A stretch of 55,036 nucleotides of DNA from Treponema sp. (GCA_031279635.1 JAITIC010000076.1:1-55036); one strand, 5' to 3'; positions 28,006 through 39,128 are shown, counted from the first letter of the stretch. Numbers and translations: made by a program. The notes: generated by a model from the sequence alone, not told the origin.

Positions 28006-28938
28006 CTACCGGTTCCGTTTATTGCCCGGAACCAGGTTCTTTAATGTAGGCATATACCGGCGGTGGCTTTCCCTGAGCAGGCTCACATCCACATGGGTGT
28101 AAATCTGGGTGGTGGAAAGATCCGCATGTCCCAAAAGTTCCTGCACGGTCCGAAGATCCGCCCCGCCGGCCAAAAGCTCGGTGGCAAAACTATGCCTCAA
28201 GGTATGCAGCCGCGAACCGGTTCCCGCAAGAGCGGCGCAGCGGGAATAGTTCTTCCAGATACCCTTTCGGGAAAGCCGCTTCCCGCTTCTGGCGATAAAA
28301 AGGGCGGGACTCTGCCGGCCCTGAGCGCGCTTTTCGGCAAGCCGGGGCCGCGCCTCCCGCAGATACCGCCTGAGCCAGACAGCCGCCTCAACGCCGAAAA
28401 TTGCGATCCGCTCCTTGTTTCCCTTACCCCTGACTTTGGCGATCCCCCCGGCAAGATCGATGTCCCACACATTGAGGCCCACCGCTTCGGAAACCCTCAA
28501 TCCCGCCGAATAAATCAGCTCGTAGATCGCCCGATCCCGCAGGCCCAGGGGACCGCGGGCGTCCACCACGCCCAGCAGCTCTTCCACTTTTTCCCTGCCC
28601 AGCACCTCAGGAAAACGGGGCCGCCGCCTGGGACTCTCCAGCATGGCGGCGGGATTATCCTGCCTTATTCCCTCGTCGGTAACAAACCGGAAGAAGGAAC
28701 GCAGGCATGAAACCGCCTTTGCCGTTGAGCGCGAATCAATATGATCCGTATCCCTGCGTTTTTCAAGATAGCCGGTGAGCTGCGAAGCGTTAACGGCGGC
28801 GATGTCGATTTTTTCCCTTTCAAGATACTCCAAAAAGCGGCGAATCTCAAGACGGTAAGTCTCGGCGGTCAGGGGAGATCTCCGTTCCAGGGCGACAAGC
28901 CGGGAACGGAAGCGGTCCAGCAGCAAGTGATTTCCCAT
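28006..28938 (-). CDS. xerD: Tyrosine recombinase, XerD-like
   Basis: GLRDRA, GLRVSE, GKGNKER, HTLRHSFAT, DLRTVQELLGHADLSTTQIYTHV. Confidence 0.82.
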   Translation of the reverse strand: MGNHLLLDRFRSRLVALERRSPLTAETYRLEIRRFLEYLEREKIDIAAVNASQLTGYLEKRRDTDHIDSRSTAKAVSCLRSFFRFVTDEGIRQDNPAAMLESPRRRPRFPEVLGREKVEELLGVVDARGPLGLRDRAIYELIYSAGLRVSEAVGLNVWDIDLAGGIAKVRGKGNKERIAIFGVEAAVWLRRYLREARPRLAEKRAQGRQSPALFIARSGKRLSRKGIWKNYSRCAALAGTGSRLHTLRHSFATELLAGGADLRTVQELLGHADLSTTQIYTHVDVSLLRESHRRYMPTLKNLVPGNKRNR

Positions 28939-28952
28939 TTCGGCGCTCGTTT

Positions 28953-30176
<1,224 letters not shown>

Positions 30177-30221
30177 CATCTCCTCCCAAATCACTTATTT
30201 TGAGACGCTCCGCGCCTTGTT

Positions 30222-31487
30222 CTAAAAAAATTCATCCTTGAGCCATTTTCTGAGTTTCCCGAACAGGGCTGCCTGCCCTTTATCGGCCTGCCGCCCTTCC
30301 GCGCCCCGCTCCGGATCGGCCCTGCTCTCCCGGTCATTGCCCTCAAGCACGAGGCCGACGGCGGTGGCGTAGGCGGGATTGCAATACTCCTCCACCAGCC
30401 CGCTCAGGCCCGGAGCGGGAATGGGTTTTCTCACCCTGGCAGGCAGCTTCAAAATGCTGCTGGCAAGTTCCTCCACACCCGAAAGCTGCGCGCCGCCGCC
30501 GGTGAGCGCCACTCCGGCGCCCAGAGGCCGGCTCAGGTTCAGCTTGTCCAGTTTTTCCTTCACAATCTTGAAAATCTCCTCCATGCGGGGCCGGATAATC
30601 TTGAGAAGCTGGGAGCGCGGAATGGACAGCGGCCCCCTTCCCCCGACTCCCGGGACAATAACCTCTCCATCGTTCTCAAGCAAAGGCTCCCAACAGCACG
30701 CGTCGAGTTTTATTTTCTCGGCGGCCTCAAAAGAGATATTCTTAATGATCGAAATATCGTTGGTTACCTGGGTACCCCCGGCGGGAATCGTGGAGGTTGA
30801 ATAAGGCGCGCCGTCGGTGTAAACCAGCACGTCGGTAGTGCCCCCGCCAAGATCGATAAGCACAACCCCCAGGTCTTTTTCTTCCGGGGTAAGAATGGAG
30901 CGCCCCGCAGCCAGCGATTGCAGTATCAGATTATTGACCTTGAATCCCGCGCGGTTAACGCACTTGATGAGGTTCTGGGCGCTGGTAACCGAACAGGTAA
31001 TAATATGCACCTCTGACTCAAGGCGTACTCCGATCATGTCCAGTGGATCCCGTATCCCCTTTTGGTCATCCACGATGTATGTCTGGGGGATCACTTCGAG
31101 GATCTGCCGGTCCATGGGGATCACCACCGCCCTGGCCGCCTCAATGACCCTGGCGATATCCTCAGGCCCTATCTCTCTGGTCTCCCGCTTTTTGCCGGTG
31201 ATTGCCACTACGCCGCGGGAATTAAACCCGTCGATGTGGCTGCCGCCTATACCTGTCCAGCAGTCGGACACCTCCCGGCCGCTCATCATCTCCGCCGCCT
31301 CAATGGCGGTGGCCACGGCTTTGAGCGTAGCCTCAATATTGACGACCACCCCTTTCCTCAAGCCCGTGGAAGGACAGACCCCCACCCCGGTAATCTCAAG
31401 GATCCCCTGTTCGCTGCGCTCGCCGATTACGGCGCACACTTTTGTCGTCCCTATGTCCAGGCCGACAATCAATTCGTCATTCGCCAG
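30222..31487 (-). CDS. ftsA: Cell division protein FtsA (probable CTG start)
   Basis: VGLDIGTTKV, IDLGGGTTD, LTGGGAQL, amphipathic tail. AAGGAGG lies 6 nt before an in-frame CTG at 31487. Confidence 0.93.
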   Translation of the reverse strand: MANDELIVGLDIGTTKVCAVIGERSEQGILEITGVGVCPSTGLRKGVVVNIEATLKAVATAIEAAEMMSGREVSDCWTGIGGSHIDGFNSRGVVAITGKKRETREIGPEDIARVIEAARAVVIPMDRQILEVIPQTYIVDDQKGIRDPLDMIGVRLESEVHIITCSVTSAQNLIKCVNRAGFKVNNLILQSLAAGRSILTPEEKDLGVVLIDLGGGTTDVLVYTDGAPYSTSTIPAGGTQVTNDISIIKNISFEAAEKIKLDACCWEPLLENDGEVIVPGVGGRGPLSIPRSQLLKIIRPRMEEIFKIVKEKLDKLNLSRPLGAGVALTGGGAQLSGVEELASSILKLPARVRKPIPAPGLSGLVEEYCNPAYATAVGLVLEGNDRESRADPERGAEGRQADKGQAALFGKLRKWLKDEFF

Positions 31488-32295
31488 AACGAGCCTCCTT
31501 AACTTTGTATGAACCTATGCCCGATCTAAAATCAATTTCTTCGGGAAAGGAATTTCCGGACTTGAAAACATCGAGCATGAGCATCACATAGCGAAGGGTT
31601 TCTTCGTTAAAATTATCTCCCAAACGTACCTGTATGGGATAATGTACCGGATACAACACCAGATCAAAACCGTTAAAAGCCCTGCGGTTGATCCGTATTT
31701 CGGAAACCGCTTTCAGCAGTTCGGGGGCGTCTTCCCCGATCCTGGCGATTTCCACAAGAAGGGGGCCGAAGGCCGCAGGCAGCTTCATGCCCAGAACCGG
31801 ATTTTCCAAAACCAGTCCCGAAACGAGGGGCAGGTTTTCAGTTTCCCCGCCGCCGATTCTGAACACCACGCCGTACCTGTCGTAGTAGACCGGCAGCAGG
31901 CGGCCCTGAACCTCCGCCAGGGACAGGGCGGCCGCCTTCCTCGGCTCAAGGAAAATCGAAAGCCGGTCAGGGAAACGTTTGATCACTCTGGCGGACTCAA
32001 CCAGATAGTGGGCGGCAAGGACCATCTGCGTCTTTTTGGCGTTAACCGAAACAAACGAAGCCCCCTCGCGGATACCGGCATAGCCCAAAACCGCCGCGCC
32101 GTCAAAACCGGCAAAGCCCCTGACTTCCACCGTTGACAGCGGTATGCAGGGACTTATAACGAAGAGCCAGACAAGCTCCGCCCCCAAAATAATGCCGGCG
32201 ATGATCAAAAGCCGTTTGAGTCCCTTTTCGATTTTGCCGGGAGCGGCGTTCTTCAGAGAAAACTCTTCGGCGGCATAGACAAAATCACCGCTCAT
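31477..32295 (-). CDS. ftsQ: Cell division protein FtsQ/DivIB
   Basis: Single TM helix, POTRA motif VESARVIKRFPDRLSI, IDFR near the C-terminus. Located between ftsW and ftsA. Confidence 0.85.
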   Translation of the reverse strand: MSGDFVYAAEEFSLKNAAPGKIEKGLKRLLIIAGIILGAELVWLFVISPCIPLSTVEVRGFAGFDGAAVLGYAGIREGASFVSVNAKKTQMVLAAHYLVESARVIKRFPDRLSIFLEPRKAAALSLAEVQGRLLPVYYDRYGVVFRIGGGETENLPLVSGLVLENPVLGMKLPAAFGPLLVEIARIGEDAPELLKAVSEIRINRRAFNGFDLVLYPVHYPIQVRLGDNFNEETLRYVMLMLDVFKSGNSFPEEIDFRSGIGSYKVKEARSGE

Positions 32296-33445
32296 CCTGA
32301 GCCTCCCAACCGGCGTTACCCGCAATTTCTTCCCGTCCCTGCCGGCTTACATTGACAATGAGTCCTGCGCAGACAAGAGTCGTCGCCAGAGAGGAACCTC
32401 CGGCGGAAAAGAAAGGCAGCGGTATTCCGGTGGCGGGAACCGAACCTGAAACCACCGCGATATTAACGAGAGTCTGCGACACTATCGAAGTTACCAGCCC
32501 CGCGGCCAGGAGCCGCTTAAACTGGGAACCGCTCTTCCACGCCCCCCGGTATCCCTGGAAGGCGAATACCGCGAAGAGAATAAAGCACAGCGCCACCCCG
32601 ATAAAACCTGCCTCCTCGGCAAAAGCGGAAAAAATAAAGTCCGAGTGAATCTCCGGCACGCTGGCGATTTTCCGCGTCCCCTGGCCTATGCCCTTTCCCC
32701 AGAAACCGCCGGACATGATCGTAAGCAGGCTGGAACGCACCTGAAAGCCCGCGCCCAGCGGATCCCATTCGGGCTTGAAATAGCTGATGAAGCGCCGCAC
32801 GCGGTGTTCCTTGGTGAGGATCAGCAGCGCCGACACGGGCAGGAACATGATCGCCGCCGCGAAAAAATACCGATAGCGCACACCGGCAAGGAAAAAAATC
32901 ACCAGCGCGTTAACGGCGATCAAGACCGCAGTGGAGAAATTGTTCTGCATATAGATAAGCGTAAAAAACAAAGTGGTAACGAGAACCGGCGGCAGCACGC
33001 CGGAACTAAATACATCAATGCTCTCCCGCTTTTTGTCAAAAATGTGGGCGAGGTAAAGGGGCAGCACGAGCTTTATCATTTCCGAAGGCTGGTATGTCCA
33101 GGAACCGATCCCGAACCAGCGTGCCGCTCCGTTCCGCGTCACTCCGATACCAGGGATAAAAGTAAGGCAGCAGAGTATGGCCGCGCCCGCTACCAGGGGC
33201 TTAATCAGCTTTCTCACCAGTTCAAGGTTTATCCGCGAGGCAATAAAAAAGAGCAGTATCCCCCCGGCGCCGTAGACAAGCTGCCGGGAAATAAAATACA
33301 GGCCGTTGTTAAAGAAGCGCTCGGCAAAGGCGTAGGAAGACGAATATAGAGTCACCAGGCCCACCCCCACCAGCAGCAATACGCTGGCGGTGAGCGCATG
33401 TTCTCCCCGCAGGGTCCCCGTCCTTTCCGCGTCGAACTGATACAT
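32285..33445 (-). CDS. ftsW: SEDS glycosyltransferase FtsW
   Basis: NGAARW, QPSE, PEIHSDFIF, EEAGF, PATGIPLPFFSAGGSS. Confidence 0.94.
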   Translation of the reverse strand: MYQFDAERTGTLRGEHALTASVLLLVGVGLVTLYSSSYAFAERFFNNGLYFISRQLVYGAGGILLFFIASRINLELVRKLIKPLVAGAAILCCLTFIPGIGVTRNGAARWFGIGSWTYQPSEMIKLVLPLYLAHIFDKKRESIDVFSSGVLPPVLVTTLFFTLIYMQNNFSTAVLIAVNALVIFFLAGVRYRYFFAAAIMFLPVSALLILTKEHRVRRFISYFKPEWDPLGAGFQVRSSLLTIMSGGFWGKGIGQGTRKIASVPEIHSDFIFSAFAEEAGFIGVALCFILFAVFAFQGYRGAWKSGSQFKRLLAAGLVTSIVSQTLVNIAVVSGSVPATGIPLPFFSAGGSSLATTLVCAGLIVNVSRQGREEIAGNAGWEAQDER

Positions 33446-33453
33446 CCCTTCCC

Positions 33454-34533
33454 CTACTGTATCTTTAATGTCGAGAGGGCGATGATGGCGAAAAACCCTC
33501 CCAGTATCCAGAAACGGATAACCACTTTACTTTCCGCCCAGCCGGAAAGCTCAAAATGATGATGCAGGGGCGCCATCTTAAACACCCGCTTTTTCCGCAA
33601 CTTATACGAAGCCACCTGAATTATAACCGAGGCGATTTCCAGCACAAAGACCCCGCCGATAACGAGAATCAGAATCTCCTTTTTGATGATAAGGGACAGA
33701 ACCGCGACCGCCCCGCCCAGGGAAAGACTCCCCACGTCGCCCATAAAAACTTCTGCCGGATGGGTATTAAACCAGAGGAAGCCGATGCAGGCCCCGGCGG
33801 CGGCAAGACAGAACACGGTCAGTTCCCCCGCGCCGGGAATATAGGGAATCCCCAGATAGGAGGAATAGTCGATACGGCCCGTAATATAGGTGAGGAAGGC
33901 CATGGTGAGAAAGACCAGTATCAAGAGCCCCGCCAGAAGCCCGTCAAGGCCGTCGGAAAAATTCACCGCGTTGGATTCGCCGACTACGAGCAGCACCCCG
34001 AAGGGTATCCAGAGCGGGCCCAAATCAAAAACCGGATTCTTGAAAAAGGGGATATACAGGGCCGTTACGTGCTCTTCCCCCGAAAAATACAAATACAATA
34101 CCACTACAATGGCGACGGCGAACTGCCCGGCGAGTTTTCCCCAGACAGGAAGCCCCCCGGAATTACGGCGGCTGACCTTGAGATAATCGTCAAGAAAACC
34201 GATGGCCCCGAATGCGAGAAAAGCCCCGACGGTAAGCCACATCATTGTATTGTGTAAATCCCCCCAGAACAGCATTGCTATCAGCACCGAAAGAATAATA
34301 AACACCCCGCCCATGGTCGGGGTTCCGGTTTTTGCCAGATGGGTCACGGGACCGTCGTCCCTGACGGCCTGCCCTATTTTGAGGCCCCGCAGCGCCTCAA
34401 TAATCCGGCCGCCGAAAATGAAACAGATAAGGAGCGTGGTCAGGGCCGCGTAAGCGCTCCGGAACGTAAGATAGAGAAAGACATTGAAGGGGGTAAAGTA
34501 TTTTACGAGGGGATAGAGGAATTCCAGAAACAT
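33454..34533 (-). CDS. mraY: Phospho-N-acetylmuramoyl-pentapeptide transferase
   Basis: KTGTPTMGG, GFLDD, NAVNFSDGLDG, FMGDVGS, MAPLHHHFEL. Confidence 0.96.
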   Translation of the reverse strand: MFLEFLYPLVKYFTPFNVFLYLTFRSAYAALTTLLICFIFGGRIIEALRGLKIGQAVRDDGPVTHLAKTGTPTMGGVFIILSVLIAMLFWGDLHNTMMWLTVGAFLAFGAIGFLDDYLKVSRRNSGGLPVWGKLAGQFAVAIVVVLYLYFSGEEHVTALYIPFFKNPVFDLGPLWIPFGVLLVVGESNAVNFSDGLDGLLAGLLILVFLTMAFLTYITGRIDYSSYLGIPYIPGAGELTVFCLAAAGACIGFLWFNTHPAEVFMGDVGSLSLGGAVAVLSLIIKKEILILVIGGVFVLEIASVIIQVASYKLRKKRVFKMAPLHHHFELSGWAESKVVIRFWILGGFFAIIALSTLKIQ

Positions 34534-35963
34534 CAGTGCACCTCCTCCGCGGCCTTGCCGGTGAGCATACCGCTTAACTGTTCCAGAGCGCAGCCCCGCG
34601 AACCTTTGAGCAGAACCAGATCCCCGTTTTGGACATAGGCGTCAAGGGCGCGGGACAAGCTCTCCATGTCGCCGGTGTGGAAAAAAGGCGCCGCTCTTTT
34701 TCCGCTCTCTGAAGCGGCCCGCATGGCCGCCGCGGAGGCTTCCGTCTCTTTTCCGTAGAGAAAAACCTTCTCCGCGGCAGAGGCGGCAAGGAGCCTGCCC
34801 GCGCTCTCGTGGGCGGAGAAGGAATTACCCCCCAGTTCCAGCATGTCCCCGATAACATAGACCCGTCTGCCCGGCCAGTCAAGGCCGTCGCAAAACTCCA
34901 CCGCTTCTTTAAGCGACTCGGGGTTAGCGTTGTAGCAGTCCCGAATCAGCGTGGTTCTGCCCCGGAGAATTTCCCCCCGGCCGAACAGGGGCCGCGCCGC
35001 CTCCAGCCCCCGCTTTACTGCCCCAGGGCCGACGGGAACCTCAGCGGCAATGGCGAGGGCGGCAAAGGCATCTGCAAGGTTGTGTTTTCCCGGCAGGGCA
35101 AAACGGATAAGTTCCCCTCCCCAGTGGATCTCCGTACCCTCAAGGCCCAGGTCTTTAATTTCGCCCAGTTCCTCAAAAGATTTCGCGCCGTAAAAACAAA
35201 CCCTGCCCCGCACCCCGCGGGCAAGAAAATCCCTGAACTCATCGTCTTCGGGAATCAGGGCGATCCCCCTACCCGAAAACTGTGAAAAAATATTTTGTTT
35301 CTCCTCAGCTATTGCCTGTTTACTGCCGAGAATTCCGATATGGGCGGAACCTATATTCGTAATAAGTGCGATGTTTGGTTTAAGCACTGCGGCCAGTTCT
35401 GCAATTTCCCCCTTCCGGTTCATTCCCAATTCAAAAATCCCCACTTCGTGGCCGGAGCGGACCTCGAACACAGAAAGAGGAAGGCCCGTCTGTGAATTGA
35501 GGTTTCCCGAATTCATCACCGTGTTTTTTTCTTCTCTTATAATCGCCGCCGCGATTTCTTTGGTAGTGGTCTTTCCCGACGAGCCGGTAATGCCGATTTT
35601 TAAGAGAGCGGGGAACCGCTCCAGATACACCCTGGCGGCGGCCTGCAAACCCCGCAGGGTATTGTCCACCACCACGAGGTCCCTTCCCATGGATTTCGCG
35701 ATACCGGCAAGATTGCGATTTTCAAGTTGTGAGGATTCTACCATGGCGGCGGCGGCCCCGGCCCTGAAGGCCGCTTCCACAAAGTGGTGGCCGTCGCTGG
35801 AAGAGCCGGCAAGGGCCACAAAGAGCGCCCCTTCCTGCACGGTCCGCGAATCGACGCTCACCGACGAAAAACCGGCACCCTCACCGGCGAAGGAAAGATG
35901 ACCGGCGCCAAGGGATCGGGACAATCCGGTAAAATCCATAAGTACCTGGCTCCTAGAAATCAC
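34533..35963 (-). CDS. murF: UDP-MurNAc-tripeptide D-Ala-D-Ala ligase
   Basis: DSR, GITGSSGKTTTKE, ELGMNRKGEI, DCYNANPES, GDMLELG, LKGSRG. Confidence 0.95.
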   Translation of the reverse strand: MISRSQVLMDFTGLSRSLGAGHLSFAGEGAGFSSVSVDSRTVQEGALFVALAGSSSDGHHFVEAAFRAGAAAAMVESSQLENRNLAGIAKSMGRDLVVVDNTLRGLQAAARVYLERFPALLKIGITGSSGKTTTKEIAAAIIREEKNTVMNSGNLNSQTGLPLSVFEVRSGHEVGIFELGMNRKGEIAELAAVLKPNIALITNIGSAHIGILGSKQAIAEEKQNIFSQFSGRGIALIPEDDEFRDFLARGVRGRVCFYGAKSFEELGEIKDLGLEGTEIHWGGELIRFALPGKHNLADAFAALAIAAEVPVGPGAVKRGLEAARPLFGRGEILRGRTTLIRDCYNANPESLKEAVEFCDGLDWPGRRVYVIGDMLELGGNSFSAHESAGRLLAASAAEKVFLYGKETEASAAAMRAASESGKRAAPFFHTGDMESLSRALDAYVQNGDLVLLKGSRGCALEQLSGMLTGKAAEEVH

Positions 35964-36243
35964 GCCCTTCTCCCTCTATTCTTATCTGTAATACGTCTTC
36001 CGGCTTTATCTTGCTTAATTCCAATTCGTTTTGAGCGATATGTTCTATCCGTTCCGGGGATGAAAGCACGGCTATGCCCGCGATAAGCCGCTTGTTGCTC
36101 TCCACCCAGTCTGCCTGGGCTTCCTCAAGACGCTTGATTTCCTGTTTCAGGGCGGCATAGCGGTTGGACTGCCAAATAGTAAGAGCGAAAAAAAGAGGGA
36201 TAGTCAGCGCCACCGCATAGAGAACCACATACCGCCTCATCAC
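35953..36243 (-). CDS. ftsL: Cell division protein FtsL-like
   Basis: TM helix plus coiled coil, LSSPERIEHIA. Follows rsmH. Confidence 0.8.
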   Translation of the reverse strand: MMRRYVVLYAVALTIPLFFALTIWQSNRYAALKQEIKRLEEAQADWVESNKRLIAGIAVLSSPERIEHIAQNELELSKIKPEDVLQIRIEGEGRDF

Positions 36244-37190
36244 TGCCCATCCTCGTCCAGTATTTTTTCAACTACCCGCAGCCGGGCGCTTCGGGAGGGC
36301 GGATTCCGGGCGATCTCCTCACCGGCGGGAACAATCCCTTTACGAGTCAGTATGTTTACCGACCTTCGTCCCTCACATCTACATATCGGCGCTTCAGGAG
36401 GACAGGTACAGTCCTTGTTCTTCATCCTGAAAAAATTCTTGACTATCCGGTCTTCCAGAGAATGAAAAGTGATGATCCCAAGCCTCCCCCCCGGCTCAAG
36501 GACCCTGAGTGCCCCCTCAAGAAGATCGGGAAGCCGGGAAAGCTCCCCGTTAACGGCGATACGGAGGGCCTGAAAGGTCCTCGTCGCCGGATGTATGGGC
36601 CCGTGCCGGTACGAAGCCGGCGCGGCCCGTTCCACGAGCGAGGCAAGGGCGGCGGTGGTGGTAATAGTCCCCCTTTGCCGCTCTTGGACAATCAGCTTGG
36701 CAATACGCCGGGAATAACGTTCCCCGGAATTGTTGTACAATAAATCCGCCAATTCTTTCTCAGGCAGCCTGGCCAGCAGCTCCGCCGCCGAGTTTCCGCT
36801 TGAGACATCCAGCCGCATGTCAAGCGCCTCGTCCTTTTGAAAACTGAACCCCCTGCCGCTTTTTTCATAGTGATAGAGGCTTACCCCCAGGTCCGCCAAA
36901 ATCGTGTCCGGCCTTTTTAGCTCCGCGGGATACCCGGCAAAAAAAGCCTGGGCCCAGCCTGAATAAAAATGCACCCGGCCGCCGAATTCCTCAAGCCGGC
37001 GCATGGCGACGGCCTGCAAGATGCGGTCCGCGTCGATCCCGATTATTTTAAGGTCCGGGAAGCGGGACAAAAATGCATGGCTGTGCCCGCCCTCGCCCAT
37101 GGTGGCGTCCACCATAAGCCCCGCCCCGTTTCCGGGCGCGAGGTACTGAATTGTTTCTTCCAGCAACACCGGAGTATGCACAATCTCCAT
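36240..37190 (-). CDS. rsmH: 16S rRNA m4C1402 methyltransferase RsmH
   Basis: HTPVLL, DATMGEGGHS, DLGVS, LDMR, HPATRTFQALRIAVN, FHSLEDRIVK. Confidence 0.96.
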   Translation of the reverse strand: MEIVHTPVLLEETIQYLAPGNGAGLMVDATMGEGGHSHAFLSRFPDLKIIGIDADRILQAVAMRRLEEFGGRVHFYSGWAQAFFAGYPAELKRPDTILADLGVSLYHYEKSGRGFSFQKDEALDMRLDVSSGNSAAELLARLPEKELADLLYNNSGERYSRRIAKLIVQERQRGTITTTAALASLVERAAPASYRHGPIHPATRTFQALRIAVNGELSRLPDLLEGALRVLEPGGRLGIITFHSLEDRIVKNFFRMKNKDCTCPPEAPICRCEGRRSVNILTRKGIVPAGEEIARNPPSRSARLRVVEKILDEDGQ

Positions 37191-37655
37191 TTATTTGCCT
37201 AAATCCCTGTTTCCCTTCAATATATCGCCCAGTTCCTCGGAACCGGAAATAAATTCTTCTTTGTGGGCTTCCAGATAGGCCCGGTAGCGGTCCTCCGCCC
37301 AAATTTCAATATAATCAAACTGGCCCAAAACCACACATTCCCTGTTCAGGCCGGCGAATTCCCGCAGGGTCTGCGCCACCGGGATTCTCCCCGCCTTGTC
37401 GATCTCCACTTCCTGGGAAGGGCCGATAAGCCGCCGCCTGATATTCCGGGATTTGGCCGAAAAAGGGTTGGTTGTATCCATGATGGTTTTCAGCATTTCC
37501 TTCCATTCATTTGAGGGATAGAGCCACAAACAATCGTCCATGCCCTGGGTCAGGAACAGGTTAGTACCGGTTAGAGCGTTCCGCAGGCGCGCGGGCAGAC
37601 TCAGACGGCCCTTGTCGTCCAGCGTGATCTTGAATTCCCCGGTCAATGACTCCAT
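37191..37655 (-). CDS. mraZ: Transcriptional regulator MraZ
   Basis: Two DxxGR repeats (LDDKGRLSLP, IDKAGRIPV), EIW. Confidence 0.95.
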   Translation of the reverse strand: MESLTGEFKITLDDKGRLSLPARLRNALTGTNLFLTQGMDDCLWLYPSNEWKEMLKTIMDTTNPFSAKSRNIRRRLIGPSQEVEIDKAGRIPVAQTLREFAGLNRECVVLGQFDYIEIWAEDRYRAYLEAHKEEFISGSEELGDILKGNRDLGK

Positions 37656-37700
37656 TCCACTTTATCCTAAAAAATCCTATTTATTCCCACTTTATCCCAT
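37655..37700 (-). promoter_or_regulatory. MraZ operator: five TGGGA-like boxes at 10-bp period
   Basis: Minus strand reads TGGGA taaag TGGGA ataaa TAGGA ttttt TAGGA taaag TGGAA directly before the mraZ ATG, matching the known MraZ direct-repeat boxes. Confidence 0.75.
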
Positions 37701-37816
37701 TAAACATAATTCTACGGAGAAAATCGTCAAGGTTCAAGCGGAAAATCAAGAAAAAATTATAAATAGTATAAAAAAACCCGTTTTTCTCTATACATTCATG
37801 TAGTATTTTGTCTCTC

Positions 37817-37846
37817 TTGCGGATTTTGCGCGCTTTGCGTTATGAT
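37817..37846 (+). promoter_or_regulatory. Possible promoter of a leaderless transcript
   Basis: TTGCGG-18 nt-TATGAT, with ATG 37853 six nt after the -10 box and no SD. Confidence 0.4.
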
Positions 37847-37852
37847 TCCCGC

Positions 37853-38092
37853 ATGTTTACAAACGAATATTTCGTGATTTTTCCCGAAGGCGACATACAG
37901 GAAATACCCGGACGGCTGCCGATAAACAGCGTTGTAGACATCAACGGCAGGCCTCTTCCCCTTCCCCTCCCTACCAACCGGATGGTCGCCTTTCGGGTAC
38001 ACAAAATACAAACCGACGAAGATAAGGGGAAAAATGACACCTACCATTTTCTGGAATTACTCAGCGCCGAAGAACTGTTGGCCTATATCTGA
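37853..38092 (+). CDS. Small hypothetical protein (79 aa)
   Basis: Protein-like composition from MFTNEYF. Divergent from mraZ and 9 nt from the next gene. Confidence 0.6.
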   Translation: MFTNEYFVIFPEGDIQEIPGRLPINSVVDINGRPLPLPLPTNRMVAFRVHKIQTDEDKGKNDTYHFLELLSAEELLAYI

Positions 38093-38101
38093 AAATAAAC
38101 G

Positions 38102-38842
38102 ATGGCTGTAAATAAAATCGGGACCAGGCGGGAGAGCGGCCTGCACCGGATATTGAAATTCCGCTGCGCCGGAGCGGAGGGACAGACCGAGGTAAACGCC
38201 GGGGCTTATGTAGCCGACGGGATAAGCGCCGAAGGGGAATTTATCGAAGTCCAAACCGGCAGCTTTGCCCCGCTCAGACAAAAAGCGCGGGAACTGGCCT
38301 TTCGGGGCGGGCTGCGGATCATCCATCCGGTGATTGCCGCCAAATACATCGAAGTGCTGGACAAGCGGGGACAAACCCTGTACCGGCGGAAAAGCCCCCG
38401 CCGGGGAAGCCCCTGGGACCTGTTTGACGCCCTGGTCTATGCCCCGGAACTGCCCCTGATCCCCGGCCTCCGCATAGAGCTTGCCCTGGTAGATGTCGTG
38501 GAAAAACGCATATCCGACGGCAAAGGCTCCTGGCGGCGGAAGGGCTTAAGTATCCTCAGTCGGGAACTCTGCGCCTGGCACGAAAGCATCACCCTGCAAA
38601 GCCCCAAAGACTACCTTCGTTTTGTTCCCTTCAAACGTGACGAGGAATTCACCACCTCCCTGCTTGCAAAAAAGGCGGGAATACCTGTGCATACGGCGCA
38701 AAAAACCCTCAATACGCTGTACAAAATGAAACTCGTCGAAAGAATTGGGAAAAAGGGGAATACCCTGGTGTATAAGCTCAAAGCGCGGTACAGCCGGGTA
38801 GAACCGGGCGGTTACCCACCAGCAATTCCGAATTCAAGATAA
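38102..38842 (+). CDS. Hypothetical protein with a PD-(D/E)xK-like N-terminus and a C-terminal winged HTH
   Basis: ESGLH..LK, YVADG....FIEVQTG, and C-terminal FTTSLLAKKAGI....AQKTLNTL..MKLVERIGKKGN..VY. Confidence 0.65.
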   Translation: MAVNKIGTRRESGLHRILKFRCAGAEGQTEVNAGAYVADGISAEGEFIEVQTGSFAPLRQKARELAFRGGLRIIHPVIAAKYIEVLDKRGQTLYRRKSPRRGSPWDLFDALVYAPELPLIPGLRIELALVDVVEKRISDGKGSWRRKGLSILSRELCAWHESITLQSPKDYLRFVPFKRDEEFTTSLLAKKAGIPVHTAQKTLNTLYKMKLVERIGKKGNTLVYKLKARYSRVEPGGYPPAIPNSR

Positions 38843-38952
38843 CCACAAGCCCACGCTTGAGTGGGCACTATACGGACAGCCACGGACGAATTGAGGAGCA
38901 ATTTTTTCACCTTACATGCCATCATATCGGTTTTGTCCGTTCTGTCCGTGAA
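38819..38952 (-). repeat. Family E element, second (partial) copy
   Basis: Reverse-complement match to about 6895-7024. Supplies the last codons and TAA of ORF 38102-38842. Confidence 0.75.
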
Positions 38953-39128
38953 TATCGATGGGTCATTGGATGTCAAGTCTGTATGATCGGTATAGGCTAT
39001 AACCGCCATACCGGGACGGGGCAGGTTCATCTCGCCATAGGCGGAGGCGCCATAGGAAGCAAGCCGCGCTGCCATACGCGGCTCTGGTGAAAATTGCCTT
39101 GTTGTGCCATAATGACAGAGGTATCAGA

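Noticed and set aside
23020-28938. Two tyrosine recombinases flanking topA-dprA, suggesting an integrative element or invertible cassette
   Set aside because: Both look like housekeeping XerC/XerD in a conserved spirochete gene order; no att-like repeats or cargo seen.
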